Assembly: GCA_963714015.1 (NCBI GenBank)
Contig: OY970223.1
Coordinates: 1,536,001 to 1,600,000 of the forward strand
DNA length: 64,000 nt
Direction: 5' to 3'
From: Vulcanimicrobiota bacterium
GTDB lineage: Bacteria > Vulcanimicrobiota > Vulcanimicrobiia > Vulcanimicrobiales > Vulcanimicrobiaceae
Position numbers and translations under genes: made by a program
The notes under the pieces: generated by a model
What the model saw: the letters and a program-made list of their open reading frames with translations, nothing else
The model's database searches: none
Told to the model about the DNA's origin: nothing
Part shown: in pieces, positions 53,009 to 63,655 of the stretch
How the letters are laid out: each line of letters starts with the position of its first letter
How positions within the stretch are numbered: the first letter of the stretch is position 1

Positions 53009-54445
53009 ATGACGACGACGAACACTACCGCCTCGAACGGGGCCAAGACCAGCCGCACCGAGTCCGACTCGATGGGCCAGATTCAGGTTCCCGCTGACAA
53101 ATATTACGGCGCGCAATCCGCGCGATCGCTGATTCATTTCGATATCGGCGACGATCAGACGCCGCGCGACATCATGCCGCGGCAAGTCATCAAAGCGATG
53201 GCGATTCTCAAGAAAGCCGCCGCGCTCGTCAATCGGGATCTCGGCAAGCTGGACGACGAAAAGACGAAGCTGGTCGTCGCCGCTGCCGACGAAGTGATCG
53301 CCGGCAAATTGCACGCACACTTCCCGCTGCGCGTGTGGCAGACCGGTTCGGGCACGCAGACGAACATGAACGTGAACGAAGTAATCTCGAACCGCGCGAT
53401 CGAGATCGCCGGCGGCGAAATGGGCAGCAAGAAGCCGATCCATCCCAACGATCACGTCAACATGTCGCAGTCCTCGAACGACACGTTCCCGACCGCGATG
53501 CACATGGCGGCCGCCGAAGCCGTCGTCGAGATGCTCCCCGCCGTCCAGAAGCTGCGCGAGGCGCTGGACGCCAAAGCCAAGCAATGGAGCGGCATCGTCA
53601 AGGTCGGCCGCACGCATCTGCAAGATGCGACGCCGCTGACGCTAGGTCAAGAGTTCTCGGGCTACGTTACGCAGCTCGACCGCGCAACGAACGCCATCAA
53701 GCTCGCGCTCGATCCGCTTTACGACCTGGCCATCGGCGGAACCGCCGTCGGCACCGGCCTCAACGCGCATCCCGAATTTGCCGATCGCATGGCCAAGAAG
53801 ATTGCAGAGCTGACGGGCCGGCCGTTCCGCTCGCATCCGAACAAATTCACGGCGCTGGCCTCGCATGACGACTTCGTCTTCGCATCGGGCGCGCTCAAGA
53901 CGCTGGGCGCGGCGCTTATGAAGATTGCGAACGACATCCGATGGCTGGCCTCGGGCCCGCGCGCCGGAATCGGCGAGCTGACGCTGCCCGAGAACGAACC
54001 GGGTTCGTCGATCATGCCGGGCAAAGTGAATCCGACGCAGTCCGAAGCGATGACGATGGTGGTGGCGCAGGTGTACGGCAACGACACCGCAATCACGTTC
54101 GGCGCCTCGCAGGGCAACTTCGAGTTGAACGTCTTTAACCCGGTGATGATCTACAACTTCCTGCACTCGTGCAACCTGCTGCGCGACACGTGCACGATGT
54201 TCCGCGAACACGCGGTCGAAGGACTGCAAGCCAATGAAGACGTCATCGCCAAATACCTGGGCGAATCGCTGATGACCGTAACCGCGCTCTCGCCGAAGAT
54301 CGGCTACGACAAGGCCGCCGAAATCGCCAAGAAAGCGCACCACGAAAAGACGACGCTCAAAGAGGCGGCGATAAAGCTGGGCTACGTTTCCCCCGAAGAA
54401 TTCGACACATTTGTGGTTCCCAAGGAGATGACGTACCCCAAGTAG
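53009..54445 (+). CDS. fumC: Class II fumarate hydratase
   Basis: [35 protein letters not shown]. Confidence 0.98.
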   Translation: MTTTNTTASNGAKTSRTESDSMGQIQVPADKYYGAQSARSLIHFDIGDDQTPRDIMPRQVIKAMAILKKAAALVNRDLGKLDDEKTKLVVAAADEVIAGKLHAHFPLRVWQTGSGTQTNMNVNEVISNRAIEIAGGEMGSKKPIHPNDHVNMSQSSNDTFPTAMHMAAAEAVVEMLPAVQKLREALDAKAKQWSGIVKVGRTHLQDATPLTLGQEFSGYVTQLDRATNAIKLALDPLYDLAIGGTAVGTGLNAHPEFADRMAKKIAELTGRPFRSHPNKFTALASHDDFVFASGALKTLGAALMKIANDIRWLASGPRAGIGELTLPENEPGSSIMPGKVNPTQSEAMTMVVAQVYGNDTAITFGASQGNFELNVFNPVMIYNFLHSCNLLRDTCTMFREHAVEGLQANEDVIAKYLGESLMTVTALSPKIGYDKAAEIAKKAHHEKTTLKEAAIKLGYVSPEEFDTFVVPKEMTYPK

Positions 54446-54520
54446 CGTTTGCCGGCACTGTACAAGTTAAGCGACCGAACTTCCTCGAGCGGTGCCGGTT
54501 AGCGTCGCAATAGGTCAACT

Positions 54521-55294
54521 TTAACGAGTCGACATCGCGAACGTGGAGCGCTGACCGCCGGCCGTAATGCGGGAAGCGTAAACCCATACCGACGCGAGCG
54601 CGACGATGTTATATGCATTTGCGCCCCAAGCGCCGAAGTCGTGAGGATCGGTTGCAATGAGCGGCGCAAGAACCAACACGCTGAAAATCAAGAGCATGAC
54701 GGCGAGCAGCTGCGAGGCGAGTTTGTCGCATGTGCGGATCAGTATTGCAATTCCGGCAAGGACGAAGGCAATGCCGGTTAGCACAGCCCAGAAGTTCGCA
54801 TTTGGAGGGATCCAGTTCGGCACCATGGCTGCAGTCGCCGCGATTCCCGTAATCTGAGCAAGACCGAACGCGATTGCGCTCACTCCGAAGATCCAGCGTA
54901 TCACCGGGTTCATGGCGCCGGCCACGATCATCGCGCCCCCAATGACGATCAACTGCTCGCACACTCCGCCGGATACCCCGATATAAACGCCGGCATGATA
55001 GCCGAGGTAGTGCGGCGCAGTGACGAAGCGCGGGAGCCAAAAAATGGCGAAAAGGATATAGACTGCTATGACGATGTTTGCACCGAGACGTCTCGAGGCG
55101 GTGCGTAAAATGGCCAGTCCGCCAATCACAAGCAGAGTCGCGACGATGTAGGCAAGAATACGGGCGCCGGGAATGTGGTCTCCGAATGCTTGGAGCGGTT
55201 GATGCCCGGGATCGAAGCCACCCCAAACGATGTCGACCGCTCCGGCAAAAATAGCGGACAAACCGAACACGTAAACGCTGAGTTTCGTCCTCAT
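54521..55294 (-). CDS. DoxX-like multi-pass membrane protein
   Basis: Internally duplicated TM halves; MVPNWIP...FWAVLTG. Confidence 0.7.
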   Translation of the reverse strand: MRTKLSVYVFGLSAIFAGAVDIVWGGFDPGHQPLQAFGDHIPGARILAYIVATLLVIGGLAILRTASRRLGANIVIAVYILFAIFWLPRFVTAPHYLGYHAGVYIGVSGGVCEQLIVIGGAMIVAGAMNPVIRWIFGVSAIAFGLAQITGIAATAAMVPNWIPPNANFWAVLTGIAFVLAGIAILIRTCDKLASQLLAVMLLIFSVLVLAPLIATDPHDFGAWGANAYNIVALASVWVYASRITAGGQRSTFAMSTR

Positions 55295-55965
55295 TGGGCT
55301 GCGTGACTCCGTGAGATTGCGGCGATCATCTCCTCACGACGCCGCTCCAGACTATCGCGCGAGCGATTTTCGTACTCGCTGCGGGTCTGCGGCAGCGCCT
55401 CATGCGGCGTTCCGGGGTACGGCGGCGACGGAGCATATTCCAGCGCCAGCTGGGCCAAGCGCGCGTGCTGTTCGCCGCAGAATTGCGTCAGCAATCGAAC
55501 GCCAAAGTCGATGCCGGCCGTCACTCCCCCACCGGTCATGCGGTTGCGGTCCACGACCACGCGCTCTCCGCGAACCGGGGTAGCACCGCCTAGTTCGAGC
55601 AGGTCGACGTACCGCCAGTGTGACGTTGCGCGATAGCCGCGCAGCAGACCAGCTGCCGCAAGGAGCAGCGATCCTGTGCAGACCGACGTGTACCAATCGA
55701 CGCGACATTGCCGAAGAAAATCCAGCACGCGATCGTCGGCCAGACAAGTCGTCACGCCGGAACCGCCGGGCACAAACAGCGCGTCCGCCGAAGGCGCATC
55801 TTCGAGCAATACGTCCGCCCTTATGTGCAAGCGCGGATCGACCGCTACGTCGGCTTGCGTCGCGACGATAATTGACTCTACACCTGCGGTCTCGAAAAGA
55901 TCGTACGGCCCGATGAAATCGAGCGGCTGCATCTGTGGAAACGCCAACATCAATATTCGCGCCAT
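55291..55965 (-). CDS. DJ-1/PfpI family protein (isonitrile hydratase-like)
   Basis: LDFIGP, VPGG, SVCTG, GGVTAGIDF, EYAPSPPY. Confidence 0.9.
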   Translation of the reverse strand: MARILMLAFPQMQPLDFIGPYDLFETAGVESIIVATQADVAVDPRLHIRADVLLEDAPSADALFVPGGSGVTTCLADDRVLDFLRQCRVDWYTSVCTGSLLLAAAGLLRGYRATSHWRYVDLLELGGATPVRGERVVVDRNRMTGGGVTAGIDFGVRLLTQFCGEQHARLAQLALEYAPSPPYPGTPHEALPQTRSEYENRSRDSLERRREEMIAAISRSHAAQ

Positions 55966-56114
55966 GACTACTCCTTCAACCACCGGCCCGCTTCGAACGC
56001 CCGCAGCCCATAGTAATACTATACGTTCATTCGCAGCAAGCTCGTGGAAGCGCGCATCGTGTTATCCTGCTCACGATGACAGTAGTGCTCACTATGACAC
56101 GGTGGAAGGGAATT

Positions 56115-56146
56115 GAAAAAGCCCCGCCTGAGCGAGGCTTCTTTTC
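56115..56146. terminator. Bidirectional Rho-independent terminator
   Basis: GAAAAAGCCCCGC-CTGA-GCGAGGCTTCTTTTC. Confidence 0.75.
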
Positions 56147-56168
56147 TTGCAAGCGAGTTGCAAAAACC

Positions 56169-56333
56169 TTAGTTGTCGCGCACCAGAATCGAAGCATACG
56201 TGCCGCTGACGCCGCGCCACATCTTTTCATTCCAGCGATCCGATGCTTGGCGCTCGAGGCTATAGAGATCGAGCATCCAGTCGTTAAAATACGAGTCGTC
56301 GGTGTCGAGAGCTACCAGCGTGCGGTTGTTCAT
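56169..56333 (-). CDS. 54-aa small protein
   Basis: GAAGGA ribosome-binding site, ATG at 56333, terminator just downstream. Confidence 0.65.
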   Translation of the reverse strand: MNNRTLVALDTDDSYFNDWMLDLYSLERQASDRWNEKMWRGVSGTYASILVRDN

Positions 56334-56434
56334 ATGCGGTCCTTCACTTCGATCCATTCAACGTAACATATCGGCTTTCCGACGCAGCACTTGCGTTATC
56401 TTTGGGTCTTTAGCCCTAAGCGATTACCGAATCA

Positions 56435-57578
56435 TTACATTTCACTTGGTCCTCCAGCCACTCGCCCGCCCGCTTGGAGCCGGTAATCGCCGGTGCGCCA
56501 GCGCACGCCGCGGCCAAAAAAGGCGGCGGCCCAGACGGCCAAACTCAAGACGTCCCGCAGTGGAATGAGCCACGGCGTCGCGCGGATTTCCGGTGAAAAA
56601 GTGGTCTTTGCCTCATAATGGAGGATCGTCCTAAGGAGCGTGGCCAGCCCCAAAACCGGTACGCCGAACGGCCAAGGCACCGTCAGCGCCAGCAATGCCG
56701 CGGCCGGCAGCACGAACGTGACGACGGAACCGGCATAGCCTGCAGGCCGCGCCGCAAAGATTGTTCGCGCCCAGCGCAGTTCGTGGTGCCAGAGACTCGG
56801 CCGGACTCGCGTCGTTGACGCTGGTTCGGACGACGTAGCTCGACAGTTTCACCCGATATCCGGCGTGTGCGACCAACCGCCCCAGCACGTAATCGTCGCC
56901 TAGATGATCGGCAAGCGCTGCAAATCCGCCGGCGCGCTCGAGAACGTCGCGGCGCACGGCCATCGTCGCGCCGAAGCAATACGTCAGCGGTTCGAGCATC
57001 CGGGCGACGAGCACCGAGGGCGCGAAATTGTCGTTCACGTGCATCGCACCCAATTTGGAAACCAGCGATGCGTTCGGCCGGGCGCCGTAGATGCACGTCA
57101 CGCAGCCGGTACGCTCGTCCGTAAAACCCGCTGCTATCGCCGCTAAGTAGTCGCGCCCTACGTGAATATCGCTGTCGGCAATGACGATTAGATCGTGTTC
57201 GACACGATCGAACGCTCCCCAGACGTTGCCGATCTTCGGATTGGCCGCCGGTTTGGCGCTTCCGCAAATGACGTCGATACTTTGGTTCGCGAACTCCGCT
57301 TTTAAGCGATGCGCACACGGCAGCGCCGCATCGCCGCAATCGGCCGCCGTGAAGACGACTTGAAATTCGGGATACTCCTGATCGCAGAACGAGCGGAGAT
57401 TTTCGTAGAGTCCCGGTTCATCGCCGAGCAGGGGTTTGATGACCGTGATGGGCGGCAGATCGTTCGGCGCACGATCGCGCTGTCCGCGAAGCGCGCGCAC
57501 GCGAGCAATCGCAAGCGAAACGTACACGAGGCCTGCAGCCGAAGCGGCTGCGAGAAACCAACCCGCAATCGAGCGCAT
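56435..57578 (-). CDS. hpnI: Hopanoid glycosyltransferase HpnI (frameshift near 56805)
   Basis: IKPLLG, QEYP, NPK, DSD, GATMA, DDY, LRD; adjacent to hpnK and hpn cluster. Confidence 0.88.
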
Positions 57579-57585
57579 TCCGGGA

Positions 57586-58441
57586 TCAGGCCGTCGCTAG
57601 TTCGGTGAAGGTGATCGGACGAATCTGTGAGTTGCGCACTGCGCTCACGACCGACGGATCGATCAGTGCCTCGAATTCGCCCTCGAAGTCGTAGTCCGGC
57701 GGGAACGCCTCGGGCCACAACCCCGTGGCGGGGTGGACGTACAGTTCCGAGGTTCCGCGGGGAAGATTCGCCAGAAACGCTTGAACGCGGGGCGCCGTCA
57801 TGCGACCGCTGTCGTTCATGCCGAAGACATAATCGTTGGTCGTAAGACCGGCCGCATGCAGCCGGGCCCGCATCGAGCTGGAGCCACGGCGCCAGGAGCA
57901 CCGACGTCGCCAGGCGCGCGCCCATGCTCGTGCGCATCGCTCTCCACGAGGGCCAGAAGGGTTCGCGCGGAATGCGAACCGCGCGCAGACCGTAGTGCGG
58001 CCCGATCTTCAAAATCAATGAAAGAATTGTCGGATGCACGTGCATGTGGTTCTGCGCGTTCACATGGTCGAGCGCCAAACCGGTTGCAGCAAATGCTTCA
58101 AACTGCGCGCGAATTTCCGCCTCGAGCTGCGCCCGGATCCCAGGCGTGAAAAAGTAGCGCACGCCCGCGCGAAAGAGGTCGCTCTCGAACTTGCCGCGAG
58201 CGTTGACCAGCAGCGGTACACGTTCGGGCGTGAGCGCCGGGCGGCCGTTAACGAGTACGAGGTGTAGCCCGACGCGAAGACCGGGCAAGCGGCGCGCGCG
58301 ATCGATAGCGTCCGGCGTTGCGGGCGCGGCGACCATGAGGCTGGTAGTGGAGAGGATACCTTCACGGTTCCCGCGTTCGATGGCTTCGTTGACGGGCACG
58401 GCAAGTCCGAAGTCGTCCGCGGTCACGATCAGATTCCTCAC
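57586..58441 (-). CDS. hpnK: Hopanoid-associated deacetylase HpnK (YdjC/ChbG family), frameshift near 57878
   Basis: LIVTADDFG, VGLHL, DHVNAQNHMHVHP, ELYVHP. Confidence 0.9.
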
Positions 58442-58573
58442 GCCGCCGAATTTTAGGGAACCAACGCGCGACTCCCGCGCATCTCGGGGTACCTTTGCCA
58501 CGGAGGGCAGCGCGAGCGTTCCATCCAAGCGCAGCTACTTCCGGGTTCATCCGGCCCGCCGACGTCTCAGGAG

Positions 58574-59647
58574 TTGGAGATAGAATCTCATTCGGCCCGC
58601 CGCTGGCGGAGGGAACTACCGGCTGGAGCAAGCGCGGACGTCGAGCCGCTTTTGCTAAGCCGCCATCGTGTTTTGATTTCCGACTGGATGCGCCGTCAGG
58701 CTCCTCCCGCAGCTTCGCTATCTGGAAAGATGGTCTCATACCACATGGGATGGGTCGATCAAGCGGGCCGAGCGGTGCACGTGCGCACCGGAAAGCTCAT
58801 TCGCCCGAGTCTTTGTTTGTGGGCAGCCAACGCATGCGGCGGACGTACGGAGTGCGCGCTTCCGGCCGCGGCTGCGGTCGAATGGTTCCATAACTTCACG
58901 CTCGTGCACGATGACATCCAGGACGAGGACCGAAAACGGCACAACCGCGAGACGGTTTGGTCGCTTTGGGGCATTCCGCAGGCTATCAACGCCGGCGACG
59001 CGTTGCAGGCGCTGGCTTTTCGCTCGATGTCGCAAGTTTCGCAGTATCCGGATCGGGCGCTGCGCGCAATTGCCGCCCTCTCGAACGCCGGACTTGTCGT
59101 CATCGAGGGCCAGTGCATGGATCTGGAGCTCGAAGGTCAAGTCGACGCGTCGCTTCGGTCGTACCTGCGCATGGTCGCCGCAAAAACGGGTGCCCTGCTC
59201 GGCGCGAGTTTGGAAGCCGGCAGCGTCATGGGGGGTGCCGACGAGGCGACGACGAGTCTCTTCAAGCGCGCGGGGCTGCTTTTGGGCGCGGCGTTTCAGA
59301 TCCGCGACGATTGGCTCGGAATGTACGGCGATCCCTCGATTACCGGCAAATCGTCAAGCGCCGACGCGAACAAATACAAAATGACGTTTCCCGTCGTCGC
59401 CGGCCTTCGAGCGATGTCGACGCTGCAGCGCCGCAGACTCCGCGAGCTCTTTCGAACGCGTCACGACGATCACGAGTCGAAACTGCGCGGGCTGCTCGAG
59501 GAGGTCGGCGGAGAACGGCTAACGCGAACCGCTGCGGAACGGTATGCTCGTAAAGCGGTCGCAGCGATAGCGCGCAGCCGCGTGCCGCATTCGGCGCTCG
59601 AGGAGTTCGAGGAGGTTGCCTACTACGTCGCAACGCGATCGCGATAA
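58574..59647 (+). CDS. Polyprenyl diphosphate synthase (FPP/GGPP)
   Basis: GKLIRP, FTLVHDDIQD, AINAGD, GQ, KT, FQIRDD. Confidence 0.92.
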   Translation: MEIESHSARRWRRELPAGASADVEPLLLSRHRVLISDWMRRQAPPAASLSGKMVSYHMGWVDQAGRAVHVRTGKLIRPSLCLWAANACGGRTECALPAAAAVEWFHNFTLVHDDIQDEDRKRHNRETVWSLWGIPQAINAGDALQALAFRSMSQVSQYPDRALRAIAALSNAGLVVIEGQCMDLELEGQVDASLRSYLRMVAAKTGALLGASLEAGSVMGGADEATTSLFKRAGLLLGAAFQIRDDWLGMYGDPSITGKSSSADANKYKMTFPVVAGLRAMSTLQRRRLRELFRTRHDDHESKLRGLLEEVGGERLTRTAAERYARKAVAAIARSRVPHSALEEFEEVAYYVATRSR

Positions 59648-60683
59648 TTCCGAAACTTCTTCGCGAAAGGCGGATCACGTCCGGATCAATTTGGAACAGG
59701 ACGTGCGCTCGAAGCTCGGGGGAAGCGGGTTTGAAGCCTATCGCTTCGTAAACTGCGCGCTCCCCGAGATCGATCTCGACGAAGTGTCGACGGCTGTCAC
59801 CTTCATGGGACGCCGCTTAGGCGCTCCGCTGCTGATCTCGTGCATGACCGGTGGAACCGCGCAAGCCAAAGAGATCAACCTTCGGCTCGCGCGCGTCGCG
59901 CAGGAGCAGTCGATTGCAATGGGGCTCGGCTCGGGCCGCGCCCTTTTGGAGGATCCGTCCTTACTCGAAACGTTCGAAGTCCGTTCGGCGGCGCCCGACG
60001 CGCTGCTGTTTGCGAATCTCGGAGCGGTGCAGCTCAACAAAGGTTACGCCGCGGACGATTGCCGGCGTTTGGTGGAGATGCTTCGAGCCGACGCGTTGGT
60101 GCTGCATCTGAACGCCATTCAGGAAGCACTGCAGCCCGAAGGCGACACCTGCTTTCGCGGGCTCGTCGATCGCATCGCTGCCGTCTGTGCGCGCCTCGAC
60201 GTGCCGGTCGTCGTCAAAGAGGTTGGCTGGGGCATCGATCCGGACACCGTGCACGCGCTGTTCCAAGCGGGAGCTGCCGCGGTCGATTTGGCCGGGGCCG
60301 GCGGCACGTCGTGGAGTGAAGTCGAGCGCTACCGCATCGCCGAACCGTGGCGCGAGCGCGTTGCGGCTGCTTTTGCGGGATGGGGAATTCCCACGGCCGA
60401 AGCGCTTCGCGCGGCGCGCCGGGAACGTTTGAACGGCCTGCTGATCGCCAGCGGCGGAATTCGCAACGGCATGGACGCGGCCAAAGCGATAGCGATGGGT
60501 GCCGATATGGCCGGCGCCGCATCGCCGTTCTTGCGCGCCGCCGCCGAGAGCTACGAAGCGGCATCGGATCTTGCGCGCCAATTCGTCGAAGTGCTTCGCA
60601 TCACCATGTTCGGCACCGGCGTTCGCAGCATCGGCGATTTGCAACGGACGAAACGCCTGGTGCGAACGGGAGACGGATTTTGA
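59616..60683 (+). CDS. fni: Type 2 isopentenyl-diphosphate isomerase
   Basis: RKADH, MTGG, HLN..QE, VKEVG, GGTSW, SGGIR. Confidence 0.96.
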   Translation: MPTTSQRDRDNSETSSRKADHVRINLEQDVRSKLGGSGFEAYRFVNCALPEIDLDEVSTAVTFMGRRLGAPLLISCMTGGTAQAKEINLRLARVAQEQSIAMGLGSGRALLEDPSLLETFEVRSAAPDALLFANLGAVQLNKGYAADDCRRLVEMLRADALVLHLNAIQEALQPEGDTCFRGLVDRIAAVCARLDVPVVVKEVGWGIDPDTVHALFQAGAAAVDLAGAGGTSWSEVERYRIAEPWRERVAAAFAGWGIPTAEALRAARRERLNGLLIASGGIRNGMDAAKAIAMGADMAGAASPFLRAAAESYEAASDLARQFVEVLRITMFGTGVRSIGDLQRTKRLVRTGDGF

Positions 60684-61525
60684 ACGAAGCCGCGCGCGCG
60701 GACGCCTATTGCCGCACGCTGGCGACCGGACACTACGAAAATTTCGTCGTCGCCTCGAAGATCGTTCCTGGGCGCTTACGCACCGATCTGATGCGCTTTT
60801 ACGCGTTTTGCCGCACGACGGACGACTTGGGAGACGAAAGTTCCTCGCGCGAGAGCGCACTGAGACGGCTGGCGCGCTGGCGCGCTGAAACGGAGGCGCT
60901 CTTCGAGGGTGAAGAGCCGGTGCATCCGGTCCTCTTCGCTCTGCGAGAGTCGATCGCTCATTACCATCTCGACAAAGTGCCGTTCGTCGATTTGATCGCA
61001 GCGAACGAGCAGGATCAGCGTGTTTTGACGTATGAGTCGTGGCCGGAGCTCGAGCGCTACTGCATGCTTTCGGCCGCGCCGGTGGGGCGCGTGGTGCTGC
61101 GCTTTTTCGGTATCGAGGATCCCGCGGCGCACAAATTATCGGATGACGTCTGCATCGGCCTTCAACTTGCGAACCACGCGCAAGACGTTTCGCGGGACGC
61201 GAAGATCGGTCGCTCCTATCTCTTACAGGAAGACGTCCGCGCATTGGGAACGCAAGGCGCCGTTCGCGCGCTCGTTACTCGAGCGCGTGCGCTGCTTGCG
61301 TCCGGCCAACTGCTGGAGCCGATGGCACCGTGGCTTTTGCGCTTGCAGCTTGCGATGTACCGGCTCGGCGGTCTGGCAATCTGCGACGATATTGCGCGGA
61401 TCGAATACCGCACGGAAGCGATACGGCCCTCCGTATCGAAGAAGACGAAGATTATGCTGGCGCTGCGGGCTATCGTCGAATCGGCGCAACGAAGGGGAGA
61501 GGTAAGGGATGCTGAGATCGCTTGA
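60680..61525 (+). CDS. hpnC: Hydroxysqualene synthase HpnC
   Basis: HYENF, YAFCRTTDDLGDE, SAAPVGR, LQLANHAQD. Confidence 0.92.
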   Translation: MNEAARADAYCRTLATGHYENFVVASKIVPGRLRTDLMRFYAFCRTTDDLGDESSSRESALRRLARWRAETEALFEGEEPVHPVLFALRESIAHYHLDKVPFVDLIAANEQDQRVLTYESWPELERYCMLSAAPVGRVVLRFFGIEDPAAHKLSDDVCIGLQLANHAQDVSRDAKIGRSYLLQEDVRALGTQGAVRALVTRARALLASGQLLEPMAPWLLRLQLAMYRLGGLAICDDIARIEYRTEAIRPSVSKKTKIMLALRAIVESAQRRGEVRDAEIA

Positions 61526-62399
61526 CGCGGTTCGTTACGTCAGGCGCGCACAAGCCGGCGAGTCCGACGCCGAACGTTTCTGCCGCGAGATGGCGCGGCG
61601 CGAAGCGAAGAACTTCTATTGGGGTTTCATCTCTCTGCCCTACGATCAGCGCATTGCGATCTACGCGCTCTACGATTTCGCGCGTCAAGTCGACGACGAA
61701 GTGGACGACGCTTCGAGGCCTGAGTTGATTCCCGCCGGACTTCTCGCTCAGCGAGAACGGGTTCGCCGCTGCGTCGCGGGCCAAGCAAACGATCCCGTCA
61801 TGGAAGTCCTATCCGAAGCGGCGCGGCGCTATAGCATTCCGGAGAGCGAGCTGCAGGCGCTCATCGACGGCGTCGAACGGGATTACACGCAGACCGCCTA
61901 TGCGTCGTGGGAAGAGCTGCGCGAGTACTGCAAACTCGTGGCGTCCGTGGTCGGACGCATGTGCGTGCGCATCTTCGGCTTCAGCGATCCGGCTGCGCTC
62001 GAGCGCGCGGACGATCTTGGCCTGGCGCTGCAACTCACCAACATTCTGCGCGACGTTCGCGAAGACGCGGAGATGGGACGCGTCTATTTGCCGGAAGATG
62101 ATTTGGGACGCTTCGGCATCACGCGCGAAGCGATCCTCGCAAATGAACCGGGCGAACGCTGGACCGAACTGGTCGAATACGAGACGCAGCGAGCGCGCGC
62201 GCTTTTCGAACGCGGATACGAAGTGCTCGACTATATTCCGCGGCGCGCCGCGGCATGCGTTCAGACGATGGCCGGCATCTACGAACGGATACTCCGAAAG
62301 ATCGAGGACGATCCGCAGCTGCCGCTGCGGGAGCGGGCGGCTCTGAGCAAAGGCGAGAAATTGCGCGTGGTTCTGGGATCTTGGCTGCACCGCGCGTAG
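61509..62399 (+). CDS. hpnD: Presqualene diphosphate synthase HpnD
   Basis: NFYWG, DDEVD, VASVVG, LQLTNILRDVREDA, GRVYLP. Confidence 0.92.
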   Translation: MLRSLDAVRYVRRAQAGESDAERFCREMARREAKNFYWGFISLPYDQRIAIYALYDFARQVDDEVDDASRPELIPAGLLAQRERVRRCVAGQANDPVMEVLSEAARRYSIPESELQALIDGVERDYTQTAYASWEELREYCKLVASVVGRMCVRIFGFSDPAALERADDLGLALQLTNILRDVREDAEMGRVYLPEDDLGRFGITREAILANEPGERWTELVEYETQRARALFERGYEVLDYIPRRAAACVQTMAGIYERILRKIEDDPQLPLRERAALSKGEKLRVVLGSWLHRA

Positions 62400-63655
62400 C
62401 GGTCGTCGGGGCGGGACTTGCGGGCTTGTCGGCGGCTCGTACGCTCAAACGAGCCGGCGCGCACGTCGAGATATTCGAGCGCAGCCGTCTGCTTGGCGGA
62501 CGCGCGACCTCCTTCGAGATAGACGGACGCGTCGTCGACAACGGACAGCACGTCTATCTGGCCTGCTGCACCGAATTCATCCGCTTCGTCCGCGACGCAG
62601 GTATGCAGAGTGCACTGCGTACGCAGCCGCGATTCGACGTTGTGGTCTATTCGAAAGCGGGCGCGCGCAGCGAACTGCGCGCCGGCGGGATGCCCGCACC
62701 GCTGCATCTTCTGATCTCGTTTGCCGGCTACGCGCACCTTTCATTAGCGGGGAAACTTCGCGTTGCGCGCGCGCTTCTATCGCTCACGCTGCGCGGGGGG
62801 CGCGCGCCGGACGGCCAGTCGTTCGCGGCGTGGCTGCGAGCGAACGGCCAAAACGCCGAGACGATAGAGGCGTTCTGGGAACCGTTCTTAGTGCCCGCGC
62901 TCAACGCGCCGCTGGATCGAATGAGCGCCGCGGAAGCGGCGTTCGTCATTTCCACCGCCTTCTTACGCGATCGTGACGCCGCCCGCTTCGGATACTCAAC
63001 CGTTCCGCTGGCGCAAATTATGGAAACGGCCGCAACGCAGCTCGACGCGGTGCACCGCTCGTGCGCCGTGCTCGAGATGCGCGCGCAGCCCGATGCAATC
63101 GCACTGCGAACCGCGCAAGTCGAGCTGACGTTCGACGCTGCCGTGCTGGCCGTACATCCCCGCGGCCTGGAGAAACTGCTCGGCGATCCTTCGCGCTTCG
63201 GCGTTCCGCCGCTGGACGTCTACGAACCGTTCGCCATCATGGACGTGCACTTGTGGCACGACGGCGCGCAATTGCCGTTCGACTTTGCCGCGTTGCTCGG
63301 GTCGCCGATTCAGTGGATCTTTCAAAAGGGTCCGGGGTATCTGTGCTGCAGTTGCAGCGCGGCAGGAGATCTCGTGCGCAAACCCACAGCGGAGATGGTC
63401 CGGACGGCGTGGGAAGAAGTACGGTTATCGCTTCCGGGATTGCGGGAAGCTCGGCTGGTAGACGGCGCGGCGACGCGAAATCCGGAAGGGACGTATTTGG
63501 CTGCGCCCGGTGCTCCGCGCCCGGGGCCGCGCACAAAACTGCCGAACTTGGCTATCGCGGGTGCATGGACGGCCACCGGATGGCCGGACACGATGGAGTC
63601 GGCGGTTCGCAGCGGCGTATCGGCTGCGCAAGTTTTATTGGAGAGAAAACGTTGA
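62381..63655 (+). CDS. hpnE: Hydroxysqualene dehydroxylase HpnE
   Basis: VGAGLAGL, GGRATSF, DNGQH, TGWPDTMESAVRSG. Confidence 0.93.
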   Translation: MAAPRVAVVGAGLAGLSAARTLKRAGAHVEIFERSRLLGGRATSFEIDGRVVDNGQHVYLACCTEFIRFVRDAGMQSALRTQPRFDVVVYSKAGARSELRAGGMPAPLHLLISFAGYAHLSLAGKLRVARALLSLTLRGGRAPDGQSFAAWLRANGQNAETIEAFWEPFLVPALNAPLDRMSAAEAAFVISTAFLRDRDAARFGYSTVPLAQIMETAATQLDAVHRSCAVLEMRAQPDAIALRTAQVELTFDAAVLAVHPRGLEKLLGDPSRFGVPPLDVYEPFAIMDVHLWHDGAQLPFDFAALLGSPIQWIFQKGPGYLCCSCSAAGDLVRKPTAEMVRTAWEEVRLSLPGLREARLVDGAATRNPEGTYLAAPGAPRPGPRTKLPNLAIAGAWTATGWPDTMESAVRSGVSAAQVLLERKR

